Shown here one piece after another: positions 61,199 through 64,000 of a DNA stretch of 64,000 bases (position 1 is its first letter; every line of letters starts with the position of its first letter). Below the pieces are notes generated by a model that did no database searches, was not told the origin of the DNA, and worked only from the letters and a program-made list of their open reading frames with translations. Where the stretch lies: assembly GCF_003918875.1 (NCBI RefSeq), contig NW_025766470.1:310001-374000 (forward strand), in the 5' to 3' direction. This DNA comes from Haliotis rubra (taxonomy: Eukaryota). The translations under genes and the position numbers were made by a program.

Positions 61199-63129
61199 GT
61201 TGTTATGAGAAGCATGTACAATGTGAATGACCCCTCCCCAGAGTTTATGTACAGTGACACCCCCAAAAAAGTAACCCCCAACACACACACACATACCCCC
61301 ACCCCCATCATGTAAAACAATCAACGACCCCTTATGGTTTCCTGTGCACCACTGATCTTGAAAAATCAAGCACTAAACTGTCCCTCTTAGTGGTATTGAA
61401 GGCAAGGGCCACCCTTCATACAAAACCACTGATCTCTAACTCTTTTGATTCATATTAGTATAACAATGGCATATGAAATGTGAAAATGACGCACTCAGAA
61501 ATGGTTGAGAGATAGATTAAATATTATTTCGTCAGAATATCAGCTCACAAGCTTGAAATGTTTCAACTTAAAAATCAGAGGTCTAACATATAAATGTATA
61601 ATTCCACGAAAGGAGTGAGTGGGGGTCAAATGTCACAGCTCGATAACAAATCAAAGTATCCTACAAAAAGTATGAATTGAATATACCTATGTCAAATACA
61701 ATACACGTTATTAAAAATGTAACTATGATCAGGAAATAGCTGTTATTGTCCGTATATAATGGAATAGGAATTCTGTTGGCGGTGTTAAGAGAAAACTGCA
61801 TCCATCAGCCTCATGCAATTAAAAATGTTTAGTCTATAGTTCTTGCATGAGAGGTGGGGATTACGAAAACGTAAACATTATCCATGTTAAAGACGGGTGG
61901 ACAAAGCGCACCAACAAAAGCTGAAACGACTTTCAGTCAGGAGAGCTATACATAAGCAAAATGCACAATGCCATTTTATATGCAATCATGGTATCCAATA
62001 TCGTATCAGTACAGTAGAGTATATTGTTTCAAACCCGGTTACACAAATACAAATCTTGTCCCCCACTAAGAAACTACTTGAAAAATAAATCGCAATAGAA
62101 TATATAATTAAATGAATAAACATCTAAAGGACAGGGAGCAATCTGGCAAAATTATAAACTACGATAAATATTTTAAAACTAGTCAACATTTCAGAGACGA
62201 TCGCCCTGTGAGAATATATAATGAGTCGTATCATCATATGTTCTTTCCGACTCGTTGCTGAAACCGTACGAAATATATTAAAACATAACCAGTTGCAAAG
62301 CGTTAGAACCATGCCCGTTGCTCGTAAGTATATTTATGCTGCAATTTCCCGAAAGTCTCAAACGTGTTACGGTTCTTATACGAGAAACACTTGCAGTCGA
62401 TGCAGACAGTATCTTGTTACACCACCAGACGAGCAGGCCAGCAAGTTCAACCGAGCACTAAGATGACCTTTCGTGTCAACCAATGAGAGCAAAACGGCTT
62501 TCCTACCACTATTTCTATACAACTGATTCAGATGCTTGTTAATTTCGTGAACAGTAGATCTATATGATTTTACTTTTAGTTGGATGATTTGAAATGTTAT
62601 TTTTCATACTGCCAGTGTATACATATTTGATAGAATAATTTTAAAAACCCATTTTAATGTAGATATTTTTGGATCAACCGTTTTCACTAAAATAGTGAAT
62701 TGTGTAGCGGAGTTGTAATAATTCTTTGAAAAACATTTCCCAGCTTAATTGGTGAGTTAAAATCAAATGATTCCAATATATTATCCTGGCACGATTAATA
62801 ACGCAATTTTGATATAATCGGCGAACTCGGGTGTGGAGCTGACAAATTATGTATTAAACAGGCTGAATCTTGAATTCGAACCCATGATAAACAAATCCTG
62901 ACACGACCAGGAACGCCTTGGGCCGTCACTAAACTGAAGTATAAAAGATAGTACGCGTCTGGCGTTTTGTTATTATTTTCAAAACAAAACAAAACAAAAC
63001 AAAACAAACATACTACGTAAATATTTTGAAATGTGATTTATTATGACTTACAGGATACAAATATTGTGTCCATGATCCCAAAGCACATGGTGTGTACTTA
63101 CTTTCGTACGTCAGTTTCTGAAGATATAT

Positions 63130-63308
63130 GGGATCATGTGGTCAGGCTCGCTGACTTGGTTGACACATGTCATCGTATCCCATTTGCGTAGACCGATGCT
63201 CATGCTGTTGATCACTGGATTGTCTGGTCCAGACTCGATTATTTACAGATCGCCGCCATATTGCTGTAACATTGCTGAGTGCGGCGTGAAACTAAACTCA
63301 CTCACTCA
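63130..63308 (+). mobile_element. SINE-like family B
   Basis: Family B body and tail. Confidence 0.8.
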
Positions 63309-64000
63309 TTCTGAAGAAATACAGAACATAATTTAATACCATTGTTCTTTGCAATTTTCTCTGGTAGCAGCAAGGTTGAGTTGCTGTTGATATGATACAT
63401 ATCTGACATAATGGTGCTTTGAATCACATCCTTGTGGGGATTAGGAATAGGGCTTCAACGTCTCCTGTTTGCCTTGAGATCGGGACACAGATGCAGTGTT
63501 GTAACTGTGTGATTCGGTATGTCATCGTGACCTGGTGGAATCGGTCGTTGCTCATTCGTTCACCCACTGGTTCTCCAGATTCGATCATTTACAGGAAGAA
63601 ACGACCGCGTTCGTGGTCTTGTGGATGAGGCGATTGCCAGAGAGTGGAAGGTGATGGTTCGATCCCAATCCGCACTATACCAAAAGACGTTAAAAGATAT
63701 ATTTTTGTTAGGGAGGAGTCTGACCATAAATCATTACGAGAGGTATTTATAAACAATATATTTGAACGGTTTCTTGGGCACAAAAGGTGATTTAATATAA
63801 TGTATTTGGTCACGTGTTACAACTTTTCGGTGTCACTCGATATCTTCCCGCACACCCGATCCCGTTAGTCGCCTCTTACGACAAGCATTTTTCCCCGGGT
63901 TACTGTTCATTTCAGACCATTTCTAACGGGTGAGTATTACAAAAATATTGGAACGGTGCGAGTCTTCCCGCACCCAGGTTTGAACTAATGACAAGATGTT

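Noticed and set aside
61001-61369. Poly-Met, poly-Ile and poly-His ORFs
   Set aside because: (GAT)n microsatellite within a MITE remnant.

Overview
Intron-rich, repeat-dense animal genomic DNA, most likely a mollusc (abalone-like SINE content; taxon is inferred). Genes reconstructed by hand from splice sites: (1) the last coding exon of a probable FAM166/CIMIP2-like gene (+, 1090-1169); (2) a 20-exon ACTR5/Arp5 gene (-, 3529-24977) with two apparent frameshifts that are probably consensus errors; (3) a single-coding-exon fucosyltransferase-like membrane protein with a poly-His insert (+, 30220-31545); (4) BBLN/UPF0184 (-, 41837-43404), head-to-head with (5) an intact DDX39B/UAP56-type helicase gene (+, CDS 45672-55565). 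The rest is three SINE families, many MITEs (MULE-, hAT-, PIF/Harbinger-, Kolobok- and Tc1-type by TIR and TSD), a decayed Tc1 DD34E transposon, Penelope-like fragments and several minisatellites. The best candidate for an undescribed system is the 3.2 kb UAP56 intron after KFMQD. It holds four dispersed copies of a ~48-nt RNA hairpin with an invariant apical motif (GCU-CUCMW-AGC-AA-RGG) and compensatory changes in the basal stem. It also holds a multi-stem and pseudoknot block just upstream of a weak 3' splice site, which suggests a structured autoregulatory or detained intron. A second notable pattern is that ACTR5 introns contain minisatellites that multiply the exon end together with its 5' splice site.
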